The notes: a model not told the origin generated them from the letters alone. Counted from the first letter of the stretch, positions 44,895 to 60,003 are shown. The stretch is 64,000 nt of DNA from Eledone cirrhosa (GCA_964016885.1 OZ024760.1:15810001-15874000), one strand, 5' to 3'. Numbers and translations: made by a program.

Positions 44895-45830
44895 TCTGGT
44901 TATCAAATAGGAGGTAGAATCCTATCAAATCGTAGCTATGCAGACGATCTGGCTATCATGAGTTACTCTAGAACTGATCTGCAAACATTTCTGAAGGTAC
45001 TGGCCAAACATTCACTAGAGGCTGGCTTACACATCAACATCTCCAAAACAAAATGTATGACAACTGATAAAAACAATGCCAATCACCAACTCACAATCTA
45101 CAACCAGCAAATTGCTCAAGTTACGAAGTTTGTATATCTCGGTCACAAACTATCATCAAACAACAATGGAATGGTTGCTGCGTAATATCGCATCGCTCTA
45201 GGCTGGAAGTACTAACATCAAAACGGGTTTCCTAACAGTTGAAGGTTAAGATCTTTGATATTTACATCCTACCAGTTGTGTTATACGGTCTTGACTGTTA
45301 ATTGGACAGCAAGGTCACTTCAGAAGCTCTCTACATTCCAGAACCACATCTTGAGACTTATGACTGGCAAGCGGCTCAGTGACCGTGTCTGTATCAGTGA
45401 GCTGCTCAACATTACCAGACTTAGACCAATTACATCAGTTGTCAAGTCAAGAGTACTTAAACTGTCAAATCAACAGATCAACTCGTGGTGTGAGTAGGTT
45501 ATGCCTGGAAGGAAGGTTGGCTGGTAGGAGAAGCAGAGGCCGACAGCCAAAACAATGGCTTGATAATGTCAACTTAAGAACTGGACTTGATCTTTGCTCT
45601 TTAAACTCTGCTGTTGGTGATCGAAAGGTATTATATATGCCTGGAAGGAAGGTTGGCTGGTAAGAGAAGTAGAGGCAGGCAGTCAAAACAATGGTTTGAT
45701 AATGTCAACTTATGGACTGGACTTGATCTTTGCTCTTTAAACTCTCCTGTTGGTGATGGAACTTTGTGGAGAAGAATATCTCATGTTGATGCGCAGTCTG
45801 TAACTGGTGGAGTTTAGCGTCTGAAGGAAT
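44895..45830 (+). mobile_element. RTE LINE: RT C-terminal half to the 3' end
   Basis: SYADDLAIMS...GLHINISKTKCM...FVYLG...LEGRLAGRRSRGRQ; internal duplication near 45500-45750. Confidence 0.9.
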
Positions 45831-46090
45831 TTATCTATCTCCCGAGATAATCTCCATGGTTCTTTTCAGTGGCGATAGTACCTTACCGGCGCCACTCGAA
45901 TAAAGTAATTATTTAACCCATAAACCTAACAGGTACTACTACTCCGGGCCAGAGCAAACCTGGGAGTGATAACAACTAAGGGGTAACTCCACATTCCACA
46001 CAGCTTCCAAACTGGAGCCTTGCCACTGGATGTAGTTTAATGTTACACCCAGGACATTACCGATTGTGTTGTTATTTCTGTTTACCTTTT

Positions 46091-46154
<64 letters not shown>

Positions 46155-46281
46155 CACATAAATGCCTGCGTGTATTCACGTGTGTATTTAATACACATAT
46201 ACACACACACACACACACTATACATATATATATATATATATATATATGAAAGAAAATTTTCGCTCTACATGGCTGAATACA

Positions 46282-46526
46282 ATAAATGTAATCTGAGTTT
46301 TCCGAATATTAATAACAACATTCGATTCGTTTGCAATTATGCAAACAAGCCTCAATTTTATAGCCATGTCAGTAGAATGAACCCTTCATTCTTGCTCTGT
46401 TCACATGCCAACACAAGAGCAAGAATGAAGGGTTTATTCTACTGACATGGCTATAAAATTGAGGCTTGTTTGCATAATTGCAAACGAATCGAATGTTATT
46501 ATTAATATTCGAAAAACTCAGATTAC

Positions 46527-46532
<6 letters not shown>
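46282..46532. repeat. long near-perfect hairpin (~115-bp arms), fold-back element
   Basis: Complementary arms around loop GTTCACATGCCAACACA; single arm plus loop at 61349-61485. Confidence 0.95.
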
Positions 46533-46568
<36 letters not shown>

Positions 46569-47036
46569 TAATATATGTCAATAGTCGCAAGCTTTCAAAA
46601 ATCTGCAAGTTCCGTAGGCATACTTGGTAAGGAAAGTTATTCTCCACTATCAGAACTCTTAATACTTGTAATCACTGAGGCATATATGTTGATGTTTAGT
46701 ATTTCGTTTATTATTAATCATTTTTGATAATTTTGACACGTGTTTCGATATCTTACATAATATCCAAGAGGCCTATGAAATCTGAATTATGAAATATCGA
46801 GTATTTCATACTGCCGGGGAATATCATAATTGCATCTCTTCGTAGAGAGTGTAACTATACTTATTATTTGTGTGGTTGAGAGATATATATATATATATAT
46901 ATATATATGCGTGTGTGTGTATATATATATATTATATATATATGTGTGTGTGTGTTTATATATGTGTGTGATTGTATATATGTGTGTGTGTGTATATATA
47001 GATATATACATATATATGTATATATACATATATATG

Positions 47037-47097
<61 letters not shown>

Positions 47098-47259
47098 GTG
47101 TATATATATATATGTATATATATATGTATATATATATATATATTCGTGTGTATATATATATGTATATATATATATATATTCGTGTGTATATATATATACA
47201 TATACATGTATATTCGTGTATATATATACATATATATGTATATATATACATATATATAT

Positions 47260-47319
<60 letters not shown>

Positions 47320-47397
47320 GTGTATATATATATGTGTTTATAAATATATATATATGTATATATGTGTGTGTATATATATATATACATATATATATAT

Positions 47398-47435
<38 letters not shown>

Positions 47436-47488
47436 GTGTATATATATATATGTGTGTATAAATATATATATATGTATATATGTGTGTG

Positions 47489-47523
<35 letters not shown>

Positions 47524-48426
47524 TCGTGTATATATATATATATATATCAGGGGCGGTGGAAGCATTTCTGAATTGGAAGGTTGGGGGCCAAATTTGGTCA
47601 ATTTAGTTATCGTGATTAGTTTAGCTGTTTGTATGAAATATTAACCAAGATATAAAAAAAAACAACTTCGATATGCGATAAACATAACATACACACATAT
47701 ACACTCACACATACACACACACACACACACATGCACATGCACACACATACATGCACACACATACATACATGCACACGCACATACATACACACACACACAT
47801 ACATACATACACACACATAATCACACACAAACACACACACATGCACATTCACACACACACACATACATACATACACACGTACACACACACGTACAAACAT
47901 GTACGCACACATACACACAGATACACACGTACAGCGCACGCACGTACACACACAAATATAGAGAGCCACACCACAAGAAGACATCCAAACGCAGGCGAGC
48001 ATCTATGTGGTCGCTTGGTCTGCTAGAAATAACAGCCAAATCTCCTGAACATCTAAAACATGGAAGGAAGGAGAGATTGGAGAAATATAGTGGTAGGTAT
48101 ATATCTACTGGATGGTCAGGGTGAGGTGGAACGTCTATGATCATCGGTCTGGTCATTCAGGGCTGACGCAGGGTTAAACAACTGTAATAACACACACACA
48201 CGCACTCGCAACCACAGACACACACACACACACACAGATATGTATTCATATACTTATAGAAAAACAAACACACACACACACATTCGCGACCACAGACACA
48301 CACACATTCGCGACCACAGACACACACACACACACACAGACATATATTCATATACTTATAGAAGAACAAACACACACACTCTCGCGACCACACACACACA
48401 CACACACACACACATTCGCGACCACA

Positions 48427-48477
<51 letters not shown>

Positions 48478-48551
48478 TCATATACTTATAGAAGAACAAA
48501 CACACACACATTCTCGCGACCACAGATACACACACACACACACTCTCGCGA

Positions 48552-48631
<80 letters not shown>

Positions 48632-49309
48632 CCACTATCATACCCACGCAATTCAAAGAGGTGTTGCGAGACCTCGTCAGGGTTGCTCGATCTGTTGGTA
48701 ATAGCAGCCAAATCTCCCATCCATCACAGCCTGACAGGAGTTATGCATCGGAAAGACTGATGCATTTAAGACTGAGTGGTCACGGTTAGAACGCCTTTGC
48801 TCTCACGTATGCTTGACTAGGCTTGGGCATTCCACAGACACGTGTACATTTAACGTAGTTCTCAGGGAGATTCGGCATGACACAGTGTAGAACAAGGCCG
48901 GCCTTTTGAATTATTGGCACAGCCCATCTGACGGACTACAAACGCTATCGTATTCTTGGGATGGACCTCCGTCGGTTTCGACGGAGAGTCTTCCAGTTAT
49001 TCAATCAAAGGAACGACCTGCTTTTGAAATTATTTATTTCTACTTTTGGCACAAGGCCAGCAAATACCCCAATGCATTACTGGTACTCACTATACAGAGA
49101 GATGTGGAGGGCGAGAGAGATAGGGACAATGACGGTGGGGGTTCGGCTCTTGGGGCCTTGGGGCGGCCAGCACGTGGGACCCCATTTGCTCACTATACAG
49201 AGAGATGTGGAGGGCGAGAGAGATGGAGCCGATGACGGTGGGGGTTCGGCTCTTTCTTGTTGGGACACATTGCACCTGTCAAGGGTGTAGTTTCATATTC
49301 TCAACCAAG

Positions 49310-49625
49310 TCTGCCTCTTTTGTAATGTAGAAAATTAATTGTCGCCGGAATGCTACAACTTAAAATAAATTTCGCCGGAGATAGATTAGCAAAATTTAAC
49401 AAGCGGCGTGGTGGGGGAGTGGTGCAAAAATTCTGAAATATTAATAAGTGTGTGTGTGGGGGGTGGGTCTGAAATATTAAGTGGGGGAGGGTTCTTAAAT
49501 ATTAAGTGGGGGTGGGGGTCTGAAAAATTAATAAGTGGAGGGAGGGGGAGATTATTCGAGCCCCGAGAGTACAGTCCATCTGACGGGCTTCCAAACAGTT
49601 TCTGTCTACCAAGTTTCACTCACAA
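49310..49625. mobile_element. dispersed repeat with TTATTAATATTTCAGA sub-repeats
   Basis: Diverged inverted copy at 56643-57030. Confidence 0.6.
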
Positions 49626-49894
49626 GGTATAGGTTGACCCATGGCTGTGGTAAATAACATTTACCCTAGATGACCTACAGCGGGATTGAAACAGGGACCT
49701 GGTGATTGCCAAGTGGACTACTAAACTATTTGGTCATGTTACACAGACACATATACATACATACATGATTGTTGCCCCCTCGTTATCGAGTATGGCCATT
49801 GCACGAAAAAAATAAAATAAAATATATTTGCACAAAGCCAGCAATTACTCAGTACATTACTGGTACTTTATTTTATTTTATCGATAATAATAAT

Positions 49895-49932
<38 letters not shown>

Positions 49933-50057
49933 GTTATTCCGGGTTGAATCGGAGGTAACCACAGTAAGTAAGGTACTCAATACATTGCAGAGTATAAAAG
50001 TTTTAATATAGATGAGATTCTACAGGACTAGAACTGTTTCATTCTTTAGAAATCATC

Positions 50058-50208
<151 letters not shown>

Positions 50209-50448
50209 CATATCTATACACACACAAACACACAATAACAATTAACAGTGCTGTGATCGAATGTGGCTCTTTAGCCCACCCAATGATCTAAAATACATAC
50301 ATATATATCCGAGCACAGACACATACATCCACACACATACACCCACACACATCCGCACACACAAACTCACACTACAGAACACCACCACCACTACCACTAC
50401 TACCACCTATACTACTACATGAAATGTTTTAGTAACAGGAAAACTTAC

Positions 50449-50487
50449 CTTGCAGTCGAAGCGAAAGTCTAAATCCTTTTGACATAT
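50449..50487 (-). CDS. candidate 39-nt exon
   Basis: Consensus donor AAG|GTAAGT, TAG acceptor, symmetric length; weak polypyrimidine tract. Confidence 0.3.
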
Positions 50488-51715
50488 CTACCAGTGTTAT
50501 AGCAGTGGTGGTGGTGGTGGTGGTAGTGGCAGTGGTGGTGGTGGTGGTAGTGGTGGTGGTGGTGGTGGCGGTGGCAGTGGTGGTAGTGGTGGTGGTGGTA
50601 GTGGTGGTGGCAGTGGTGGTGGTGGCAGTGGTGGTGGTGGTGGTGGTAGTGGTGGTAGTGGTGGTGGTGGCAGTGGTGGTGGTGGCAGTGGTGGTGGTGG
50701 CGGTGGTGGTGGTGGTGGTAGTGGTGGTGGCAGTGGTGGTGGTGGTGGCAGTGGTGGTGGTGGCAGTGGTGGTGGTGGTAGTGGTGGTAGTGGTGGTGGT
50801 GGCAGTGGTGGTAGTGGTGGTGGTGGCAGTGGTGGCGGTGGTGGTGGTGGTAGTGGTGGTGGCAGTGGTGGTGGTGGTGGTAGTGGTGGTGGTGGCAGTG
50901 GTGGTGGCGGTGGTGGTGGTGGTGGTGGTGGCAGTGGTGGTAGTGGTGGTGGTGGCAGTGGTGGTGGCAGTGGTGGTGGTGGTAGTGGTGGTGGTGGCAG
51001 TGGTGGTGGTGGTGGTGGTGGTGGCGGCGGCGGTGGTGGTGGTAGTGGTGGTGGTGGTGGCAGTGGTGGTGGTAGTGGTGGTGGTGGCAGTGGTGGTGGT
51101 GGTGGCAGTGGTGGTGGTGGTGGTAGTAGTGGTGGTGGTGGTGGCAGTGGTGGTGGTGGTGGTAGTGGTAGTGGTGGTAGTGGTGGTAGTGGTTGTAGCA
51201 GTGGTAGTAGTGGTGGTGGTGGTGGTAGTGGTGGTAGTAGTAGTGATGGTGGTGGTGGTAGTGGTGGTCGTAGTGGTGGTATGGGTGGTAGTAGTGGTGG
51301 TGGTGGCGGTGAAGTCTGGTTGTGATATAGTGATGATGTCTTGCAGTGTGGTGGTGGTTGTGGTATGGTGGCGGTCTATGAACACACATACATTACACAC
51401 ACATTACACACACACACGCATACATTACACACACACACATACATTACACACATATTACACACACACACGCATACATTACACACACACACACATACATTAC
51501 ACACACATTACACACACACACGCATACATTACACACACACACACATTACACACACACACGCATACATTACACACATACATTACACACACACACAACACGC
51601 ACACAGCACGCACACAACACACGTAAACCTGATATATTATATATATTATATATATATTTATTTATATATATTATATATTATATATATATTTTTTTTATAT
51701 ATATATTTTATATAT

Positions 51716-51906
51716 AATTGTTTCTACTTTTGACACAAGGCCAGCAATTATCCCAGTGCATGACTGGTACTTTATTTAATCGACCCCGTAAGGATGAAAG
51801 GCAAAGTTAACCTAGGCGGGATTTGAACTCAGAATGGCAAGGGCCGTAACTCTATGCATCAAAACATGGCGTCCAACCCTCTACCGATACTGCCAATTCA
51901 CCGCCC
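51716..51906 (-). mobile_element. SINE family A, full length
   Basis: Reverse complement of 43473-43666. Confidence 0.9.
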
Positions 51907-52775
51907 TTTTATAATATATGATCAAAAGATGGTTAAAAGAGTTCCAAGTATTTTATTATGCGCATTTCAAAAACAAATATCATCATGGGATGATATTTGC
52001 GTTTTCATCATTTTTAATTAGAAATCTTCACTTTTAAAAATGCAGCGCATATTTAAAACCAACGATCTTGACTTTTGAAATAGAAGCCTTTTTCGTTGTG
52101 AAATGAAAAACAGTCCACAGAAATACACAAGAGATTATTTCTTTCAACATCTCAGAAATTATGACAACCTTTAGTTTATTTATGAAAATATATCATGTTT
52201 AAATACAGTTTAATAGAAAAAAGGAAATAAGAAAATTTATTGGGTCGTCGTCAAGTATGAAATTTGTAGGATAAAAACCAATTTCTACAAATTTCATACT
52301 TGACAATCCAATAGATTGAGAAGAATGGAATATAAGATAGGAAAATATAAAGAAAAAATGGTAAGAGGGGGAACGGTAAGTATTATAGTGTCACAGAAAA
52401 ATGGGCAGGGGGTGGGGAGGATGATTGGGCTGTGGGCCTAAGGCGTGGTGGTAGAGGGGCTGCGCCCCGCCGACGAGACAGCAAAAGCATTCCCACAGAC
52501 AATGGCCAGCGACACCCGCTGCAATAGAGTTCCGATCTTGTGAAGGAACTCTGAGAAATGGTGTCCTCATCAGATAACAACTGATCCTTTGATTCCGTGG
52601 ATGAGGGAGTATTACTGTAGCAACTTTTAAAAACAGAAACGTGAGTTATATCTACCTTAAGGTTACCTCAAAATCTTCAAATATATGTTGTGTTCTAGCA
52701 TAAATCTACATCAATATATCAACCTCGAAAGGATGAAAGGCAAAGTTGACCTCGGCGGGATTTGAACTCGGAGAG

Positions 52776-53451
52776 CAGACATGTCAAACCGAGGGTCCCC
52801 CGAGGGCCACATGGGTCACACATGTGTTGTCTGAGGGCAACATGGGTCACACATGTGTTGTCTGAGGGCCACATGTGTTACACATGTGTTGTCTGAGGGC
52901 AACATGGGTCACACATGTGTTGTCTGAGGGCAACATGGGTCACACATGTGTTGTCTGAGGGCAACATGGGTCACACATGGTTGTCTGAGGGCCACATGTG
53001 TTACACATGTTGTCTGAAGGCCACACGAGTCACATATGTGTTGTCTGAGGGCCACATGTGTCACACATGTGTTGTCTGAGGGCCACATGAGTCACATATG
53101 TGTTGTCTGAGGGCAACATGGGTCACACGTGTTGTCTGAGGGCCACATGAGTCACATATGTGTTGTCTGAGGACCACATGGGTCACACGTGTTGTCTGAG
53201 GGCCACATGAGTCACACATGAGTCACACGTGTTGTCTGAGGGCCACACATGACAGCTATTTGCACACATTACAACTGGATTTTTATTTTATACTTATATT
53301 ACGAAGATAAAGCATACTCGCGCTGTAAAAACCTTCGTACGGGCCGCAGGTGTGCTTGTAAAGGGCCGCAGGTGTACTTGTAAAGGGCCGCAGGTGTACT
53401 TGTAAAGGGCCGCAGGTGTGCTTGTAAAGGGCCGCATGTTTGACATGCCTG
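52776..53451. mobile_element. hAT-like MITE with internal 31-bp and 22-bp tandem arrays, inserted in a SINE
   Basis: TIRs CAGACATGTCAAAC / GTTTGACATGCCTG; no clear 8-bp TSD. Confidence 0.7.
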
Positions 53452-54085
53452 CCATAAAACATTCTATCTGACGTTCTAATGACTCTACTAATTAGCAGGG
53501 GCTTGTAGATAACTAATTATTCAACCAATCATTAACAGAATGATATCTAATTAAAAAGTCCTTTGGTTGTTCGTTGACATTATCGCAATGACTCTTTATC
53601 AGAAATACTTTTTCCCAAGAATAGTTTTGTAAATAGATTCCATAATAGGACAATGTTTTTATCTGTTTTGCTTCTTTCAAACGAATTCTTGTTTATTATT
53701 AAAATTCTTGTTTTGTTTAGAGAACGATCTGTCGTCCATATTAAATGAACTGAAAATTTTCTTTATTTAAACATTGTTTTAGAAAATAATACATTTTTGT
53801 TGAATTATTTCAAACTTTTCTAACTCGTTCTCGTCTTTTACGTTAAACATTCGACATAGAAGTGCTTCACTTATCTGTCTATTTCGAGGTCGATAAAATA
53901 AACAGCAGATAAAGTACGTGGAAGGGAGTAGCCAAGTGGTGAGGGTGTTGGCTTCGATTCTTGTCTTCGTGTTGACGATGTCATGGTTCGATTCTTGGCT
54001 TCGTGTTCACGATGTCATAGGTTCGATTCTTGGACCAGCCGATATGTTCAGCTCTTGAATAAAATACTTTTACTCAAGTAGTGAA

Positions 54086-54323
54086 GGCGCATGGCTTAGT
54101 GGTTAAAGCATTGGGCTTGCAATCGAAAGGTTGTGAGTTCAATTCTCCAACCGGGTGATGTGTGGTTTCCTTGAGCAAAACACTTTATTTCACATTGCTC
54201 CGGTTTACTCGGCTGTAGAAATGAGATGATAGGGACTGGGGTCCCTATCATTAAATTACCCAAGACACCTCCAACGAGATATACCTTGGAGGAGGCCAGC
54301 TAAACCTGCATCGGTGTGAGCTG

Positions 54324-54325
<2 letters not shown>
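54086..54325 (+). mobile_element. tRNA-derived SINE family B (CORE-like centre)
   Basis: A box TGGCTTAGTGG, B box GAGTTCAATTC, ends in (CA)n. Confidence 0.85.
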
Positions 54326-54382
<57 letters not shown>

Positions 54383-54739
54383 CAAGTATTTCCTGCACGT
54401 TGTTTTTCATGATAGGACTGGGTCCCTATTATTAAAACACCCGAGAAACCTCCGATGAGATGCAACCTCATAAGGAGTCAACAAACCCTGCATAGGTGTG
54501 AGCTGTACCTTTCATTTTTTTTATCTTTCAATGTACTAGACCCCTTATATAATAGGGTTGGGGGGCCCGTCTTATTAAAACAGCCGGGTAACCTCCTATG
54601 AGATACAACTTATTGTGAAGCCAAGATTGGAGATGTAAAAGAATAAAATAGTTGTTGTTGTTGTTGGTCGTCTTCTTTTTCTTTTTCTTCCTGTTTCTGT
54701 TGTTGTTGCTGTCGTCGTTGTTGTTGTTGGTTGTTGTTC

Positions 54740-54755
54740 GCTCGCTTCTTCGCTC

Positions 54756-54786
<31 letters not shown>

Positions 54787-55190
54787 CTTCTTCTTCTTCT
54801 TCTTCTTCTTCTTCGCTCACTTCTTCTCCTTCGATCACTTCTTTTTCTTCTTCGATCACTTCTTTTTCTTCTTCGATCACTTCTTTTTCTTCTTCGATCA
54901 CTTCTTCTCCTTCGATCACTTCTTTTTCTTCTTCGATCACTTCTTTTTCTTCTTCGATCACTTCTTCTTCTTCTTCGATCACTTCTTCGATCACTTCTTC
55001 GATCACTTCTTCGATCACTTCTTCTCCTTCGATCACTTCTTTTTCTTCTTCGATCACTTCTTTTTCTTCTTCGATCACTTCTTCGATCACTTCTTCGATC
55101 ACTTCTTCGATCACTTCTTCTTCGATCACTTCTTCTTCGATCACTTCTTCTTCTTCGATCACTTCTTCTTCTTCGATCACTTCTTCTTCT
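54740..55190. repeat. (CTT)n-derived CTTCTTCGATCA repeat
   Basis: Directly visible. Confidence 0.95.
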
Positions 55191-55430
55191 TGTTGCTGTT
55201 ACTGCTGTTGTTGTTGTTATTTTCAATTAAATGTCGGTTAGGAATATTAATATCAACTTTTATCTTTCCACCAGGATTTCTGTAAAACTAAACCAAAATA
55301 AATAATGAAGCAATTAACTGATAGAATTAGATAAACTCTGTGATGTGTTGTGTGGTCTCTCTACTTGGCTATATTGCCTACACACACTCACGTGTACACA
55401 CACACACTCACATGTACACACTCACATGCA

Positions 55431-55472
<42 letters not shown>

Positions 55473-55606
55473 CACACACACACTCACACACACACACATG
55501 TACACACACACACACACACACACATATGTACACACACACACTCACATGTACACACACACACTCACATGTACACACACACACTCACATGTACACACTCACA
55601 TGCACT

Positions 55607-55638
<32 letters not shown>

Positions 55639-56351
55639 CACACACACACACACACACACATATGTACACACACACACTCACATGTACACACACACACTCA
55701 CACGTACACACTTACATGTACACACACACACATGTACATACTTATATGTACACACTTACATGTACACACATACACATGTATACACTCACATATACGCACA
55801 CACACATGTACACACACACACATATACACACATATACACACATGTACACACACACATGTACACATTCACATGTACATACACAAACGCACACACACATATA
55901 CAACCACATATACGCGCACGCACATACACACACATACACACTTTTACACACACGCATATACGCGCACTTATACACATACTCATACACACAGACACGCGCA
56001 CACATACACGCACTCACACGCATACACGCACACACGCACACATACACCCACGCACACACACACACACACTAATAAATATAGACACGTATTTCAATGTTTG
56101 ATTTTTGCAATTCAGTAAAAAATTTCAAAGGCGATCAAAAATTTACGGAATTCTCAGGGAGATTCAGTATGAGAAAGTGTGTTATAATGTTTGATTTTTG
56201 AATTACAGACACAAGCCATCATAAGTGCTTTCGAACAGCTTCCGACCCTCCCCCGTCAGATTCCACCCACAAAACCTGAGACGACTCAAAGCTCGAATAA
56301 TGGACCCCCTCCGTCGCTTATTAATTTTTCAGACCCCACACCATCAGCACA

Positions 56352-56591
56352 GGCGCATGGCTTAGTGGTTAGAGCATTGGGCTTGCAATCGAAAGGTTGT
56401 GAGTTCAATTCTCGGACCGGGTGATGTGTTGCTTCCTTGAGCAAGACACTTTATTCCACGTTGCTCCAGTTTACTCAGCTGTAGAAATGAGATGATTGGG
56501 ACTGGGGTCCCTATCATTAAACCACCCAAGACACCTCCAATGAGATATACCTTGGAGGAGGCCAGCTAAACCTGCATAGGTGTGAGCTGTC
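56352..56591 (+). mobile_element. SINE family B
   Basis: Close copy of 54086-54325. Confidence 0.85.
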
Positions 56592-57402
56592 ACACACACA
56601 CATACCCCGCTATTAATTACCTACATTCTTGGGCGAACTCGTACCTTGTGAGTGAAATTTGGTAGACAGAAACTGTTTGGAAGCCTGTTGGATAGACTGA
56701 ATTCTCTTGTCTCAAATAATCTTTCCTTTCCCCGCTTATTAATATTTCACATCCCCCCCCCCCTCGGCTCTTATTAATATTTCAGATTCCCCCACGCCAT
56801 CCCCGCTTATTAATTGTTCACCCCCCCTCTTCTTATTAATTTTTCAGATCCCACTCCTCGCGCCGATTATTAATTTCTCAGACTTTCAACTTATTAATAT
56901 TTCAGATCCATCCCTCCCACCCACCCCACCACACCCCACACCTTCTGCTTATTTTAATTTTGTTAATGCATCTCTAGTGAATTTTTATTTTAAGTAATAG
57001 CATCCCTGAGACAATTAATTTTCCTTTATACGTTAAAAAACATTATACAAGACAACAAAGGTAGTACATTACTAGAAATCCCATATTTTATCAGGTTGTC
57101 AAGAAGGAAATTTGTAGAAAATAAACATATGACCATATGCCTCACTACAAATTTCATTCTTGACGACATGGTACAATTCAGGTGTTAAAAAAAACATCAA
57201 TGGAGACATTCTAGAAAAATTATCGTTTTTCCAACACACCCCCACCGTCCTTGTTATCAGACCTCCCCCTAGTATTTGGGACCCGAGAGTCTGTTAAACG
57301 ACATTTGGCTAAGATGCCAGACACTGGGATTAAATTTGGGACATGATTCCGAAGGAAACTCTTTAACCATTCATGCTGCGTTCGCACATACACACACACA
57401 CC

Positions 57403-57446
<44 letters not shown>

Positions 57447-57592
57447 AGTATATGTTGCTTGTTTACCGACACCTCAGTATGCAGATTGGAGCACTCGACG
57501 AAGTGCGCAGGTTGGTTTGGTTACTCCGGAGTAATGTAAAATATAATAAATAAGTCAAATATTTAAAATTTGGCTTCGTTTATTAAAGGTGT

Positions 57593-57647
57593 ACTGCTAT
57601 ATATATTTCGGTGACAGCCATCTTTGACTGTGACCTCTTCAGGCAGT
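57593..57647 (-). ncRNA. type-I hammerhead, intact core (family of 22481/22733)
   Basis: Minus strand ACTGC-CTGAAGA-GGTCACAGTC..GGCTGTCACC-GAAA-TATATATA-GCAGT, then AATAAA. Confidence 0.8.
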
Positions 57648-57759
57648 CCCCGAATTGTTGTGGTAGAGACAGGTACACATGTTGTTGAGGTGTTTAACTA
57701 CGTCAATACTCCGATATGCCCAGTTCCTGGTTGGGTTGTTATTTCTCTGAGGAACTGGA

Positions 57760-57831
<72 letters not shown>

Positions 57832-58249
57832 TAGACTTACATACATATACATAGACTTACATACATATACATAGACTTACATACATACATACATACAGAC
57901 TTACATACATACATAGGAACAGAAAGAACATGATTAGTTAGGAAATTACAAGTACAATTCAATAATGGAACAGTAGAAATATGTAAAACATTCCAAACAT
58001 TTTGCATCTAATAACTGCATGTACACATGTACAGATACAAAGCATATACACATGCACGCAGACAACTCAAAACATCCACATCCACACATACAATAACATC
58101 CATATCTACACTTGCATGCATACAGACATGCATACATATCTACCTAGTTGATGTGTAAATTCCAATGAGAGAGTCTTGTGTCTGTTAGAAACCGACTCTC
58201 TCTCTATTGGCAATAATTTGTGAAATTATAAAACCAGAAGAACATACAT

Positions 58250-59738
58250 ACATACATAATATAGATTAACATACATACCTATAGACTTCCATACATATAT
58301 ACATATATACATACATACATAATATAGATTAACATACATACCTATAGACTTCCATACATATATACATATATACATACATACATAATATAGATTAACATAC
58401 ATACCTATAGACTTCCATACATATATACATATATACATACATACATAATATAGATTAACATACATACCTATAGACTTCCATACATATATACATATATACA
58501 TACATACATAATATAGATTAACATACATACCTATAGACTTCCATACATATATACATATATACATACATACATAATATAGATTAACATACATACCTATAGA
58601 CTTCCATACATACATACATATATACATACATAATATAGATTAACATACATACATATAGACTTACATACATACATACATACATATATACATACATACATAC
58701 ATAATATAGATTAACATACATACCTATAGACTTCCATACATACATACATATATACATACATAATATAGATTAACATACATACATATAGACTTACATACAT
58801 ACATACATACATATATACATACATACATAATATAGATTAACATACATACCTATAGACTTCCATACATACATACATACATACATACATACATAATATAGAT
58901 TAACATACATACCTATAGACTTCCATACATACATACATATATACATACATAATATAGATTAACATACATACATATAGACTTACATACATACATACATATA
59001 TACATACATACATAATATAGATTAACATACATACCTATAGACTTCCATACATACATACATATATACATACATACATAATATAGATTAACATACATACATA
59101 CATACATATATACATACATACATACATAATATAGATTAACATACATACCTATAGACTTCCATACATACATACATATATACATACATAATATAGATTAACA
59201 TACATACATATAGACTTACATACATACATACATACATATATACATACATACATAATATAGATTAACATACATACCTATAGACTTCCATACATACATACAT
59301 ATATACATACATAATATAGATTAACATACATACATATAGACTTACATACATACATACATATATACATACATACATAATATAGATTAACATACATACCTAT
59401 AGACTTCCATACATACATACATACATACATACATAATATAGATTAACATACATACCTATAGACTTCCATACATATATACATATATACATACATACATAAT
59501 ATAGATTAACATACATACCTATAGACTTCCATACATATATACATATATACATACATACATAATATAGATTAACATACATACCTATAGACTTCCATACATA
59601 CATATATACATACATAATATAGATTAACATACATACATATAGACTTACATACATACATACATACATATATACATACATAATATAGATTAACATACATACC
59701 TATAGACTTCCATACATACATACATATATACATACATA
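58250..59738. repeat. ~63-bp minisatellite built from (CATA)n
   Basis: CATAATATAGATTAACATACATACCTATAGACTTC + variable (CATA)n. Confidence 0.95.
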
Positions 59739-59939
59739 TAGAAAGCTATTTTTCAACTTTATTATTTATTGGTGTTCTGTACAGCTGTACAACTCAAAGG
59801 AGTAATAAATATTATGAATATTATCACATTAGTCATATATATATATATATATATACAAATAAAATTCAGAAATAGCCGTCGAAACGGCTTGAGCTCTGCC
59901 GTCGGGGTCATACTTTTTCCCCACAAATAAAATATAGAG

Positions 59940-60003
<64 letters not shown>

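Noticed and set aside
50429-51626. Thr-, His- or Val-rich mucin-like ORFs
   Set aside because: (GGT)n trinucleotide tract open in several frames; no signal peptide or domain
52540-52580. CTGATGA on minus strand as a hammerhead
   Set aside because: No GAAA after the putative helix II and no helix I
54086-54155. tRNA genes at SINE heads
   Set aside because: A and B boxes present but they continue into SINE bodies with no convincing acceptor stem
54528-55285. RS-rich or Glu-rich ORFs
   Set aside because: CTT-derived simple repeat open on both strands
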